Below, one piece after another: positions 49,710-62,005 of a DNA stretch of 64,000 nucleotides. The DNA is from Paraphysomonas bandaiensis (Eukaryota > Protista > Chrysophyceae). Made by a program: the position numbers and the translations under genes. The notes under the pieces are model-generated. The model was given only the letters and a program-made list of their open reading frames with translations. It did no database searches and was not told the DNA's origin. The stretch covers positions 124,001 to 188,000 of the forward strand of contig CBFFRP010000357.1 in NCBI GenBank assembly GCA_965644295.1, read 5' to 3'. How positions within the stretch are numbered: the stretch's first letter is position 1; each line of letters starts with the position of its first letter.

Positions 49710-51308
49710 TCAGGAAGTTTTGTACAAGACTTGCGCTCGCAAAAATGTAAAGCTGACTACTGAATTGACAGCATCAAGTTCAAGCAATGAGGCCTACAAA
49801 ATACGTCACAGCGAAATTCATTTGACATTTGATTGGTCGTACTCCACTCGTTAACCTGCATCCCACATTATTAAACAATACAAACAACGTTAACTATAGA
49901 ACATACCTTTTTTGGCATCATCATTTCGTCGAATGCTATCTGCAAGCTTGCGAACAAACTCGTACCCTTTTCTGTCTGCTATTTTACCATCCATGCAAGC
50001 TATGCACATTCCAAATGCCTATGTAGTGCATAAATTACAACCCTTATTATCCGCCACACAATCAAACTCTACCTGAAATGGTGAGAGAGGATACTTGACA
50101 TCCATCGTGAATTTGTTCTTTCCTACTCTTCCAAATTGTAGCACTACATCCTCACCTGTCAGTGATTCGCATACCAACTGAAAATTCTTCACTGAGCTCT
50201 CTGTCACTCGTCCCTAATATCGAGTTACAAACAAAACAATTAACACGGGCACAAAAACTCCACACTAAAAAATACCTGAAAGTTAAGGACATGTCCTCCA
50301 TGCGCCTCGTCCCACTTTGGTTTTTTATTCTTTAGTTGTAACAGTCTGCATTTAGTACAAACAGAGAATTAGCAACAGCTAAAATTCTTTCAAGTGCATC
50401 GCGGTTACCTTGTCGTCTCTCCCCTCTCGACACAATCTTCAATAGAATTATATTCCGATTCCGGCTGCCATGTCGCTGCGACCCCACTTGCATTCACGGA
50501 AGGGACATAGGATTGGATTTGCGAAGGACCGTCGCTATCAAATTCAAATTTTATGACACCAAATTCCTGCAGTGGTTGCGAAATATGACTAAACAATTTT
50601 GACATTAAATATATATCCTACCTTTCTGTGCATAGAGGGTGCATTAGACTTGCTAGGAGCAACACCATGGTCTGTCAATAAGTACCGGGACCCTACTGCG
50701 TTCGCTCTCACCTGTGAGGCCATATCATCAGACATGCAAACCAACAGAACCATAGATACCTTGCCCAACAAATCGTCGCTACCGCGATCGTCTCCCGGTT
50801 CAGCATCAGTCGAAACTAAGTAATAGCTCGTCCGTTTATTAAGGAGCTTCTTCGCAGACATTAAAAACTTAGAGCGCTTGGGGTCTCCTGCAACCTCAAG
50901 GTAAGCACGAAACATAATGCCACCGCCAAAGTTGGAACGTTGTCGCTCGATATAACACAACATTGGAGAGTCGCCAGGATAGCATGGTTTCATTAACCAA
51001 CTTCGACTAATTGGATTACTGTCTACAACACTCGAGCGAGGTACCTCTCGACGTCCTGGACGCTCACCGAATGACATAATCTCTTCCTCTTCTTTTGAGA
51101 ATTTATGACTTGTTTGAACTATATGATTATTATTCACCATATCTCTTATTGATTCCTTTGGTTCAGATGGAGTACCTTTAGCTTCAGATGTATTACGATA
51201 TCCTTTTTTCTCACTAGTTTTACTACTTTTAACATCTCTGTTGCCATCATCTGAATCCGAGTCTCCCAACTCTGCCATCATTGCTTCAAATGCTCGTTTC
51301 TCATCCAT
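49710..51308 (-). CDS. Tubby-like protein (multi-exon)
   Basis: [83 protein letters not shown]. The 3' end is uncertain. Confidence 0.9.
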
Positions 51309-51795
51309 CTTTATAATGCAATTAGGCTTATATAGACTATTATATATAGATATTCTAGTGCAGAATATAGTGAGTATATGTGAGATGTTATGTATGAGAA
51401 GTAACGTAATGTACCATACATATATACACAGTACATCAACCTTAACAACACCAACATACATACAGAGATACTGCCTGTAAATCCATATGGAAAACCATAC
51501 TTTTATAAAAATAAAGAAAAACGGACATTTTTCAGGATAAAATAGGCAATTTTAGTAGAAATATATTAAAAATATAGAAATATAATAACATATGAGAAAA
51601 TACACACAAATATGGCACAAGCCACAGTCCAATGCATACGAACAACAACTAGAGCTAACAATAGTGGGCAGTAAACTGGATTGAATTGCAGTTCACTCTG
51701 CTTACAAAATAGAGAGAATAGATTATTGTTAACCCTCGGACTCAGATGCAACTCCAATGATATGCAGTGCGAAAGAGTAGGCCAATATTGTAAAG

Positions 51796-54185
51796 CAGGG
51801 ATAGGGAACAATATATTGCAATACTATTGTTAGGTAGCGTTCCATCAATAGTATTGATGGATTTTTTAAACCGGCCCTACAATACTATTGCAATATATTG
51901 CAATATATTAGTATGACTAATCAGTAAGTAAACACATCCGTAGTTTTCATTTTTAGTACTTGCCATATTTTATAAGGTCTAAGGTCACTTGATAATCAAA
52001 CCCACTACTCTTAACTAATTAAAAGTTTCCTCATACTCATCCTCTGAGCCATCATCGGTGACATCATCATCACCATATTCATTCAATATTGATTGAAATA
52101 TGCTTGCATCCGGCCACAACTGTCGGTTAGCTTTCAGAAACAACAGCATATTAAGTGTAGTAGGATGCATACGTTTGCGCAACACTGATATAATCAGTTT
52201 TGCTGCGCTGAACAGGCGTTCACACGTATTGGAAGTACATACTACATGACTCGTGCACCTGTACTTAGATATTTCAACTTTTCGCTTCTTAAGTTTTTGA
52301 GCTGATTGAAGAATTTTTTCCGCATAGCCAACTTCAGCTTCATCATCCTCTGTATTGTTGCAATAATCACTGTCTGAACGGAGATATATTCTAACAGCAT
52401 CTTTCTCAGATCTTGTCAAGTCCAATTCTTCGCCTGCTTGGAGTTTTGCAATTCCATTCTCGAAATTCGGATCATTAACAATGGGACTGTTTTTCTGTAA
52501 AGCAGATAGTGGATACTTTGGCCTAAAGTCCCTCAATAAGCCATCAAATATGTTCCGGCATTCATAAAGATTCACTTGACTTGATCCTCCAGTTTGAAGC
52601 AATTTCGAGACGCTTTCAAACTTCCTCAGGTCGTCTACAAGGGCGATTATTTCGGTATTCTGTCGAGGAGTAGGAATCATATCAGTAACTGCAAGCGGTA
52701 AGTCTTCAATTTTTAATACATGATCTTTTATACGCATCCACTTTACGAGAACCTGAAACATAGAAGACCATCTTGTGACATTTACCCTTTCTGGTAGCAG
52801 ACTGGTTTGGCCACGTAGCAATGCAGCATTCTTAATCTGCTTCAACTTCCCCATTAGTAGGTCTACTTTGCGAATAAGAGGCCTAATGCCTTCGTCAGAT
52901 CTTGTCACATCTCCTTGGTTATTCCTCTTCTCTTTGCTGCCAATGAGTTCATTGACAGCGAGATTTAGTCGGTGAGATGCACATCCAACTAGGGGTACAC
53001 CTAATATATATTATAACATTCGACAATTTCACACAAGTAATACGGTGTTACCAGAATCAGTAGCCAATTTTCTGTTTGTAGCACAGTTATCTCCAAGATA
53101 AAACTCAACAATGTCGCAAACATTGTCAGCGTTAACCTCAACTCCAAATTTATTGAGAACTTCTACGATAGTATCAAACCAATCCGCAGCAGTGAATCCG
53201 TAGAATTTCTCTTCATCAGGTAGATCTTCATCGAAAACAGTGTTGTCATCAATATCCTCTTGCACATTACAAGACAACAATAACAAATTCGGAGTATTGG
53301 TTCGGTCGCAAAAGGTTGCAAATATTGCACTGTAGTGGTGGGAGTCCGACGTCCAACCGTCCATGACTAGACCAAATGTTGGTGGTAATATATCTTTAAT
53401 CATATCACGTAGCTTCAGTTCCAACAGTCTCATATATTTTTTCAGTGTTTTTGTAGTTATCTTACCCAAAGAAGTCTTATTTCTAGTTAATTTCTTCTCA
53501 CAGAAATTTAATGGAAGATTTTCCTCGACAATCCACTCCACCCACTCATAAATTGTTTTCGCCTTGTCTGAAGGCTGCAGAACAAAAGCATCCATGGGAC
53601 CATTGGTGCAGACAGCCCGTAAATACCTCTTCAATGTCTCCTCCCACACATCATGAGAGAAAGTGTGATCCTTTAGATTGTTGTATCCATTCCGAATATT
53701 CTGTTGTCGTTTACGTCCGCAGATTTTACACTCGTGTTTGTTCGGGACACCTTCGACCGGACTCCAAAAACAGCGGTAAATGTCCCTACTCTTGTATGCA
53801 CTCATCATTCAGTTGTCTCTTCTTGTCACTATAGGATATATATACTATATTAAGAGAAGTACTGTACATACATGTGGAGAGGTGTAGAGTGCTGTTTGAG
53901 CTGGCGATACATAAAAAATAGAAAATAACATCAAAAATAGGCTTTTTTTCTTATTTTCCGGATATTTGTATACAGAGGCGTATATTTTGCACCATACAGT
54001 TGAGGATCTTCTCTTATATGACTATCATAATATTGATTGCAATATATTGCAATAGTATTGTGAGCTCTATTAACAGAAACACTATTGATGGAATATTTGA
54101 CCAGTCCACCAATCAATATATTTTACAATATATTGCAATATATTGTACAATATATTGCAATACAATATATTGTTCCCTATCCCTG
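51796..54185 (-). mobile_element. Complete hAT DNA transposon (2390 bp)
   Basis: Perfect 23-bp TIRs CAGGGATAGGGAACAATATATTG; identical 8-bp TSD TTGTAAAG at 51788-51795 and 54186-54193; subterminal CAATATATTG/CAATACTATTG repeats. Confidence 0.97.
52015..53808 (-). CDS. hAT transposase, 580 aa (exons 53052-53808 and 52015-53000)
   Basis: BED finger CKIC...HTFSH; VMDGWT, GDNCATN, GCASHRLNL, TRWSS, SNTCERLFS; the 51-nt GT-AG intron restores the frame with no stops. Confidence 0.93.
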
Positions 54186-54612
54186 TTGTAAAGAGCAAGT
54201 CACAGGGGGAAAAGATACAACTTACAACGAATTTATGAATAAATCAAAGTCCACATCGAAGCAGTACTATTTTTGTAATATAATAGCGGTAAATACGTTG
54301 ACTTTATTGTTCGAGTGTGGATGATAGATACTATTCTGCCTTTTATCATCTCCAGCAAGCCATATTACAGCTACAACATATAGATCCACAAAATATATTA
54401 TTACTGCAAAAACAGATAGAGCTACATAACTCTACTTCATATGTAATTTATAACATGCTCACTCATGATGCTACATTGTAGCAGTTTACATCGAAAAATA
54501 GCATAGGAACAATGTAGTTCTTGTTGTTTACTACATAAATGAGGGAAATATATGTAACACCGCGATAATATGCAGCAGTACCGAAATATAACACATTCAT
54601 CCGTCCCAGCTA

Positions 54613-55807
54613 CTAGTGAAACGAAGTAGTAACAGCTGTATTGATACCACATGTACCATCTCCTCTTGCTATGCGGAAATAGCCTTCCTCCCCCCATCGA
54701 TCACCCCAGGAGTTTTTGACGGACCAGTACGAATTCCCGCCATCTTCACCAAAACCTGTCAACAGTACTGCATGATCCAGATACGAGGAAGAGCAACCCA
54801 GTATATCAGGAACTCCAGGAGCATGTCCACTCCAAATTCCTTCTTTATAGTGCTGCAGACCTGTGGCATCCAGCAGCGCCGAGAGAGGACCAACAGATAC
54901 CAGACTATCCGCAATCTGATCTTCATCTTGAGGGATATCCTCCCATGAAGATATGGTAGCATATCGAGGTACATTCGGACACTCCGCCGTTATACTCTCG
55001 TCGCAGTAGTATGGAGGTGGGCCACACAATGACACAGGTCCCTGCATGCACGGATAACAGTCCCCCGTGCCACTACAGTACGGGTCTGCATCCTCGGTGG
55101 GGACTCCTCCAGCAGATATCAAAAAATCATAGGCGAGATAAGGCCACCCGCCAAACACACTGCAGTCAGCATGGGTCTCATCGTGAGACCCGTCGCAATC
55201 CACCAGGAACTCCTCCGAGAGATCAACCAGTTCCCCAGTAGACAAAAACCACTGGCCTTCAACATTGCCAATAGTCGAAAATGCCCTATTGGATACAATA
55301 AGCATAGCAGTAGCAGTAGCAATCTTACCCACCAGCAAGTGCCCACAGATCCCTGATCATGCACTGGTGTCACAGCACCATGCTCTCTCCAGTCAAAGGA
55401 TGTCTCAGCTCGCTTACGAATTGGCCTGAGAAAAAGTGTTACAACCCTACAACGACCAAACACAGCATTAACTACCTAGTGGAAGTTTTACTGCTTTTGG
55501 AATGCACAGCACTGCTCACTGACTCCGAAGATGAGCGAGGAAGCAGGTACTTGGCAGCAAACTCGTCCTGAGTTATATCACCAAATTTATTGTCAATGGT
55601 AGCAGTCCAAGTTAAATTAGCACTGTTTATAGCTTCAACGATCTTTAGATTTGTAGTCCATGTGTTGAATGCAGATATCCTCGCCTTCTCATCCACATAA
55701 ACTTTCCCATGACGCTTAGCCCACAGACTAAACTCATCTGAGAGCTCCGCAGACGCAAACAGGCAAAGTCCTCCTGCAGTAAGGGCCCATTTAGTGAAAG
55801 AAGTCAT
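54613..55807 (-). CDS. Papain-family (C1A) cysteine protease precursor
   Basis: Signal peptide, I29-like propeptide (NKFGDITQDEF), FDWREHGAVTPVHDQGSVGTCW/AFS, LVDCD, DHAVLLTGFG, YWSVKNSWG; two short introns. Confidence 0.93.
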
Positions 55808-55871
55808 TACCAGGATGCTTTAGTTACTATCTACCAACAGAATGAAATATATCACATCACCTCCAATATAC

Positions 55872-56466
55872 ATGTCTGTATGTATGTATGTATTTATGTA
55901 TGTATGTATGTATGTATGTATGTATGTATGTATGTATGTATGTATGTATGTATGTATACATGTCTGTATGTATGTATGTATTTATGTATGTATGTATGTA
56001 TGTATGTATGTATGTATGTATGTATGTATGTATGTATGTATGTATGTATGTATGTATGTATGTATGTATGTATGTATGTATGTATGTATGTATGTATGTA
56101 TGTATGTATGTATGTATGTATGTATGTATGTATGTATGTATGTATGTATGTATGTATGTATGTATGTATGTATGTATGTATGTATGTATGTATGTATGTA
56201 TGTATGTATGTATGTATGTATGTATGTATGTATGTATGTATGTATGTATGTATGTATGTATGTATGTATGTATGTATGTATGTATGTATGTATGTATGTA
56301 TGTATGTATGTATGTATGTATGTATGTATGTATGTATGTATGTATGTATGTATGTATGTATGTATGTATGTATGTATGTATGTATGTATGTATGTATGTA
56401 TGTATGTATGTATGTATGTATGTATGTATGTATGTATGTATGTATGTATGTATGTATGTATGTATA
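55872..56466. repeat. (TATG)n microsatellite, ~600 bp
   Basis: Read directly; a few TTTATG/TACATGTC interruptions at the left end. Confidence 0.97.
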
Positions 56467-56631
56467 TATGTAGGTAGGTATAGGTATGTACTGCTGTAAG
56501 TATGTAGGTATGTAAGTAGAAGTGCAGCAGTACAGTCTGGTGGTTACATGGATGTGTATTTCTTGTAGGGTTGGTATCAACATGATCACTCTGATATTCT
56601 TCCTCCACAGTATCATGCTATAAGTATAAGC

Positions 56632-57927
56632 ATGGCACGTCCTTTACGCCAGCCAAAGAAGATTCAAATCAAACCACAGGATGACGATAGACCTGTTCGA
56701 AACACTGAGTTGGAATTGTTTAATTTCGAGAGCAATTGGACTCTAATGAGCTCTCCATCAATCACCACTCTCTCTGTATACGAAGAAGGATCTCCTGGCT
56801 GTGTGAGTTTAACTGATTTGTACGATAGAGTTGCACTGATAACGAAGAAAAATCCATGGCTGACTGGACGACTTAAGATGATGCCGAGGGGCATTCAATT
56901 GTTTTATCATAACCATTTCGTAGACTGTTTTGAGGCTGTTTCTAGGAAGAATAAATTCACATTCGATATGTCATATGATGATGTTTGCAGAACGGTTGCA
57001 CCGTATGCTGTAAAGTTAGGCAAGCAGTGTATAGACTGCGATGAGCCGCTCTTTAAAGTGGCTGTGCTTGTGCATGGTGACGATACTACGAAGCGGCAAA
57101 TATCAATTGTATTTTCTGTTAGTTGTGTAATAGCTGATGTGCATACGTTCTACAAACTTTATAATATGATGAATATGAATGTTGAAGCCGTTTCATTGAA
57201 TGCGACGAGGAATCAGGACTACCCTTCTTCAATACGGTCGACATTGGGGCAAGCAGAGTATCGTTGGATGACGAGCTCGACAAGCCTTAAGTTTGGTGTG
57301 TCATTGTCATCATACAAATGGCCGCGTGCAAAAGCTGAAGTACACTATGTGGATCTAGACAATTGGTTAGCTAAGTCGAAGGCGAAAGAGCGTAATGGGG
57401 ATGTAGAGGTATCCACGAATGATCTTTTAACGTCATGGTTCTTCAAGCACTGCCAATCCGACTTCGCGTTTATGAAAGTGAACTTTAGAAATCGGCTGCT
57501 GGATCTAAGTGATAGAGATGCGGGTAACTACACTGAGAGCATACTTTATAGAACCCAAGACTATGAAACGCCGCTCCTCATTCGCAAGTCCCTCTCAGGA
57601 TATCGGAGAGCCGCCCTTCTAGAAAGTAAGGCTGTGAAGAAACCACACAAAACACCGCTTCCATCAATGTTGACATCTCTGAAAAACAACTCGTCCTTGT
57701 CGGAAAATTGGTGTAAAGCCTACAAAAATCTTCGCTTACGAGATAGCATGCCACTTATGCACCTCCCAATTGTGTTAAAATACACCGCGAGCCCATTCAA
57801 AGACAGGATGATAGTTTTTAAACCTACGGATGGGTCCGTTGCGATGTTGGTTATTTCTCACGGTGCACATATTGTTGCTGATGACGACAATAATCCCCGT
57901 AAATCCTTGCTGCTTAAAGGAAAGTAG
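56632..57927 (+). CDS. CoA-dependent acyltransferase (CAT/BAHD/condensation-like) fold protein
   Basis: Intronless 431 aa; NPWLTGRL, FSVSCVIADVHTFYKLY at the HxxxDG position, VSTNDLLTSWFF, NFRNR, AGNY. Confidence 0.6.
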   Translation: MARPLRQPKKIQIKPQDDDRPVRNTELELFNFESNWTLMSSPSITTLSVYEEGSPGCVSLTDLYDRVALITKKNPWLTGRLKMMPRGIQLFYHNHFVDCFEAVSRKNKFTFDMSYDDVCRTVAPYAVKLGKQCIDCDEPLFKVAVLVHGDDTTKRQISIVFSVSCVIADVHTFYKLYNMMNMNVEAVSLNATRNQDYPSSIRSTLGQAEYRWMTSSTSLKFGVSLSSYKWPRAKAEVHYVDLDNWLAKSKAKERNGDVEVSTNDLLTSWFFKHCQSDFAFMKVNFRNRLLDLSDRDAGNYTESILYRTQDYETPLLIRKSLSGYRRAALLESKAVKKPHKTPLPSMLTSLKNNSSLSENWCKAYKNLRLRDSMPLMHLPIVLKYTASPFKDRMIVFKPTDGSVAMLVISHGAHIVADDDNNPRKSLLLKGK

Positions 57928-59024
57928 TCATGGTGTCATGTCACGTTCGTAGCTTGACATCAATGTTGTTTACAACTGATTCGCAGCACTTCAACATACG
58001 ACGTTCAGTGTTTCATTATTCTTTATTGATCTTATAGCGTTATTATTACTGACATGTGATGTTTATGTTTGCTTTGTTTTTATGTACTCTTCTAAGAAAA
58101 TATAGAAGATTTCTGTCGAGCTATATCCGTTTATGTGACAAGGTTGGAAATTAAGTAAACAATACATACTGCAATATGTTTTCTATCCCTGAATGTATTC
58201 TTCATAAAGAAGTTAATACTTGATATATGTTTAATATTTGAAAGATGTCCTAAATCTATATATTAAAACCACACATTCTTCTTAACGCATTTATGTAGAT
58301 AAATCTATAGCTTTCCTCATACGCAGATCATAGCTATCAGATATACAGCGCTTTAGCAGTGATATTATTTCATTCAACATGTACAATTGGTTAACATATC
58401 ACCAACAAAGGTAGTCGTCGTCACGACCAAGAAATATGTATGGTATAGTGTAGTATGTAGTTTAGATTAATCATGAATCTTTATTCTGTATCAGATTGCA
58501 TTCACAGTTACTTCATCCCTGCATTATTTCGAAAGGTGAAGTTCTGTAATAATAATTGATATGACATGTTGTTTTTTCCTATTGTTTGCTCATAACAAGC
58601 CGTTAGTTACGCAGTGCGATGTAAGTACAAGGCAGCGCGAGAAAAAGGAACCTGCTTTGCACTCATGCCCACTACTACCCTCGACGACAACAGTAGCTCA
58701 AGTACTCCATACACTGCATATATCTGTCCATCTATATGTATGTATTGATACGAGATCTACAGCACAATCTAATCTCCAGAAGATACACTCTACTGTGTGT
58801 TTTTTTATTTTTCGAGCTATAAAAGTATGGATTTTTAGGTTCAAAGTTGTTCTTTAAGCTAGAAATACCAGTTTTGATGGTCACTCTCCCTGTATGTTGA
58901 TGTAGTATACCGTATTCAATGTATACACTGTATTATTTCGCTCCATGTTCCAGCATGTTTAAGCTACTACATTTCAAATTATACTAACTATATAACAATT
59001 CCTCTGTAACTTTCCTCTGTTTTC

Positions 59025-61507
59025 ATGCGCGGGAGACATAGTCATGGGGGGAGAAGACCCATGTCTGGTCGCAAATTCTCCTGTCGTGTATGCATGCGTG
59101 TGTTTGATACTAGAAGAGACCTAAATGATCATCTGAGAGCTGAGAACCACTATACATCATATTCACATACTCCTACTTCACATACTCCTACTTCACATAC
59201 TTCATATTCACATACTTCAACTTCACTTACTCCAACTTCGCATACTTCGTCTTCATCTTCTATATATCCCTCACAAGCATATAAACCCCCTCACACACAC
59301 ACTTCCTCATCATCAAAGGACACAACTTCGCATACTTCGTCTTCATCCTCTATATATCCCTCACAAGCATATAAACCCCCTCACACACACACTTCCTCAT
59401 CATCGAAGGACACAACTTCACATACTTCAACTTCACTTACTCCAACTTCGCATACTTCGTCTTCATCTTCTATATACCCCTCACAAGCATATAAACCCCC
59501 TCACACACACACTTCCTCATCATCAAAGGACACAACTTCACATACTTCATCTTCACATACTTCGTCTTCATCTTCTATATATCCCTCACATGCATATAAA
59601 CCCCCTCACACACACACTTCCTCATCATCAAAGGACACAACTTCATCTTCTTTATCAACAAATTCAACATCACAACCAATAGAATTACATCATGATGGCC
59701 AGGTAAAAAATCTATTGGATAAATAATTATATAATGAAGTATATGACTATTAGATCATTGGTAGATGTATGTATATGTGTCCACGAGAGGAGATACTTAA
59801 GCGTATTAAAGAGAATGATATCCATATATTTGAACAACCATATGATTTCAATGAAAGAATTGAAAAAGGAACCATATTAGATGATAATTTTATGAATTGT
59901 TTACAACAAACAATGATTAAACAGTTACAAAAGAGCTCAGCTGATCATACATTATCAATCCCTCATCTCGTTAGGACTCCCAGGTATATATATATATACA
60001 AGCCCTCTATTCGATTACCTTTAATTCTTTTCTATCATTTTAGTGCTCTGTTACGAACAATTGAATATATTGAGAGGAACATTATGTCTCTGGAGTATCA
60101 ATTAGAAGATATATATGAAGACTATAGTTATAATCATCTTGCTTTAGATGTTTATCATTTCGTATGGAATCGTTATCGTATGATTGCTAAGGATTTCATT
60201 TTACAAAACTACAGGTTCAGATCACAGGATTCTGAATGTTTTTCAATGCTTTGTTGCAGGTTTGGGGGCCGATTGGATAGAGATTGTGTAGAGTGCCACG
60301 AGAGGATGACCCGATGGCATATTATGATGGACCACCAAATGCTGTGGTCAGGTGAGTCACCGGTGCTCTATATTCCCATGACACTGTTGATATAAATTTG
60401 CTTCTATTTTAGAGAATTTCGTCACGCATGATGCCCACCAGCATCAGGAGCAGCTGAATAAGCTCCTTAAGACATTAAACGAACTATATGATGAAGCTGA
60501 TAACCATAGACAAACGAACCAAGATCGCATAAGTCCGCCTAATGAAGATGTGGATGTGCCAAATGAAGCGGAGTTCAGATCATATTATATTCTTCACCAA
60601 CTGGATAATGAGGGAGAGGTGTTGTTCTGCATGGACGGGTGAATTATGTTGAACGTGCTTTTTGTATCTAGGTCGAGAAATATTTGCAGACAATAAAGGA
60701 GGATATCTTTTATCACCCACACATACAGTTTGCACTCAAGGTGTGTTCGCCATGTTATATACCATGCATCATTTATTCGAGTTCTTTCAGGTTGTACGTG
60801 CGTGGAAACAGAAGAACTACGCAACCTATTTTCGTCTACTACGCACCTGCAATTTCTTGCATGCCTGCGCCTTGTATAAATACGTTAGCGTCGTGCGCAT
60901 GGAAGTGAGTGTTTGGGATGTACTATTGCATTGCATCATGTATTGAATATTTAGGCATTGAAAATCATAAGCCGTGCGCTACGACCTGGAAAACAGGAAA
61001 TAAAGTTTCCTCTTTCAGATCTTGTTCACATACTGGATTTCGAAGACACGGAAGACGCAATGCTGTTCAGTACACAATGTGGTCTCGAGGTGTGCAGTGT
61101 ACACGCATGTATTATATAATACTCATAAGATATTGACATTACTATAGGTTGTCATGCCATCAGACAACGATTGCGGTGCCTCTGTTCTTTTAAGCAGCAA
61201 AATGAATTGCTCAGTGATTCCAAAGAGTAACAAAGTGAGACGGGATATTGTCGAGCGAATGGGCCAAATGTCTCGAGCAGAAGTGTCACGGGGACTAGCC
61301 TCTGGTGCTGTTAAGTCGAATGTGGAACCGCAGAAGACCACACAGTGTTCTGTTTCAAACTGTGATTTATCTGAGCATGTGCCGTCGACTGGTGGAATGG
61401 CATCATCAGAAACTTCTAAGTGTGAGCGCGGTACGGTTGCAGAGTCTCTGCTTCTCATGAGAAAGAACGGCAGGAACTTGTCTAGGTATTCGAAGCCACT
61501 AAAGTAG
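59025..61507 (+). CDS. SAC3/GANP-family protein with an N-terminal C2H2 finger and Ser/Thr/His-rich repeats (multi-exon)
   Basis: CRVC...LNDHLRAENH; IGRCMYMCPREE, QKSSAD, VRTP, FVWNRYRMIAKDFILQ, HERMTRWHI, NEAEFRSYYIL. Confidence 0.85.
59232..59645 (+). repeat. Coding tandem repeat, ~90-bp unit x4
   Basis: Encodes SHTSSSSSIYPSQAYKPPHTHTSSSSKDTT four times, with short in-frame inserts. Confidence 0.9.
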
Positions 61508-62005
61508 TGTAATATTAGATTGTTGTGCTAGCTTACATACCTAATACGTGTATACGACTGCAAAACGATACCTATAGAAAAGTGAGACGTAACTAAAATC
61601 TGTGTATTAGATAAGCACATTAAATATTTTTATTTTCTCTTTTTACAATGAATGAGCATTTAAACATTTAATCTAAATTGAGTTAAGTTATAATTCTGAA
61701 CTGTTGAAGAAGGAGAAAAAAACTGATATAATATGTGGCCTGGAATAAATTATGATTAATTACTGCAAAGAACGTTTAGACACACACAGCAGCATCATGA
61801 TTTCCAATTGCTTGCTGTACCATGTTATAATCGTGTGTCATATAAGTAATTTCCTTCATAAACACTCTTGCCATGTAATTTAATAAAAGAGTACTTAACC
61901 TCAAAAAAGCATTGAATTCACAGACATACAGTCAGTCTCCCGGGTAGTACATCATATATCTCGACCAGGAACGGAATACTAGATAGAAAGAAATATCCTA
62001 GACAT

